From assembly GCA_022813865.1 (NCBI GenBank), contig JALDZX010000051.1, positions 124,001 to 150,093 on the forward strand: a stretch of 26,093 nucleotides of DNA. Reading direction: 5' to 3'. This stretch comes from Xylographa opegraphella. Lineage: Eukaryota. Position 1 is the first letter of the stretch. Every line of letters begins with the position of its first letter. This document shows positions 25,679-26,093 of the stretch, piece after piece. Under the pieces are notes generated by a model, which was given only the letters and a program-made list of their open reading frames with translations, made no database searches and was not told where the DNA came from. Both the position numbers and the translations under genes were made by a program.

Positions 25679-26093
25679 CCTAGAAGCGGAACATCATAAG
25701 CAAATGCGTATAGATCGAGTCTGCGACTCGGCAGATCTAATCGAGGCACACGCGCAAGGAAACTGATAATCCTTATTCAACGGTAGCAGCACTTCGTAGA
25801 CGCGATAATCAAAGGAAAGCTTTACGGAGTACTGTGATCTCAATATCACGAACGGGTCATATCAGTGAGGTCAGTATATCCCGTAGGCCGCAGCACTATC
25901 AGTCACATAATAGTGGTAGGTTTGACTGGGCGTAGCAGCCAGACAGTCATCAGATATGGTTGGTATTGGTTGAATCTCAATGGCTGGTAAAATGTGGCTC
26001 GGGCACTTCAGTCATGGTACTCCGTAAGGTACCTTAAGGGCGCTTGGGGGGTAGCGTACATGGTCTCGGGATGGTCCCAGAATCCTTGTCGAA

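Overview
Gene-dense eukaryotic DNA, not prokaryotic. Short GT-AG introns with CTRAY-like branch points and the protein families present point to a filamentous ascomycete (Pezizomycotina). Manual splicing gives nine genes. In order: a 5'-truncated unknown protein with a His-rich 7-aa repeat, an HSL-family alpha/beta hydrolase, the PAK kinase Cla4, the mitochondrial NADH kinase Pos5, a Cst26/Psi1-like acyltransferase, the Paf1-complex subunit Ctr9, a HeLo-like/SesA N-terminal-domain protein with no recognisable NTPase, the ABC-F ATPase Arb1, and a T5orf172/MUG113-family protein. A small ORF at 20955-21248 appears to carry two compensating frameshifts. Most of the window is conserved housekeeping content. 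I see no transposon, rRNA, tRNA or CRISPR array, and no clear multi-gene novel system. The best leads are the compensated-frameshift ORF, the HeLo-like protein, the heptad His repeat and a cUACGg-capped hairpin downstream of cla4. All family calls come from motif recognition only; no database searches were run.
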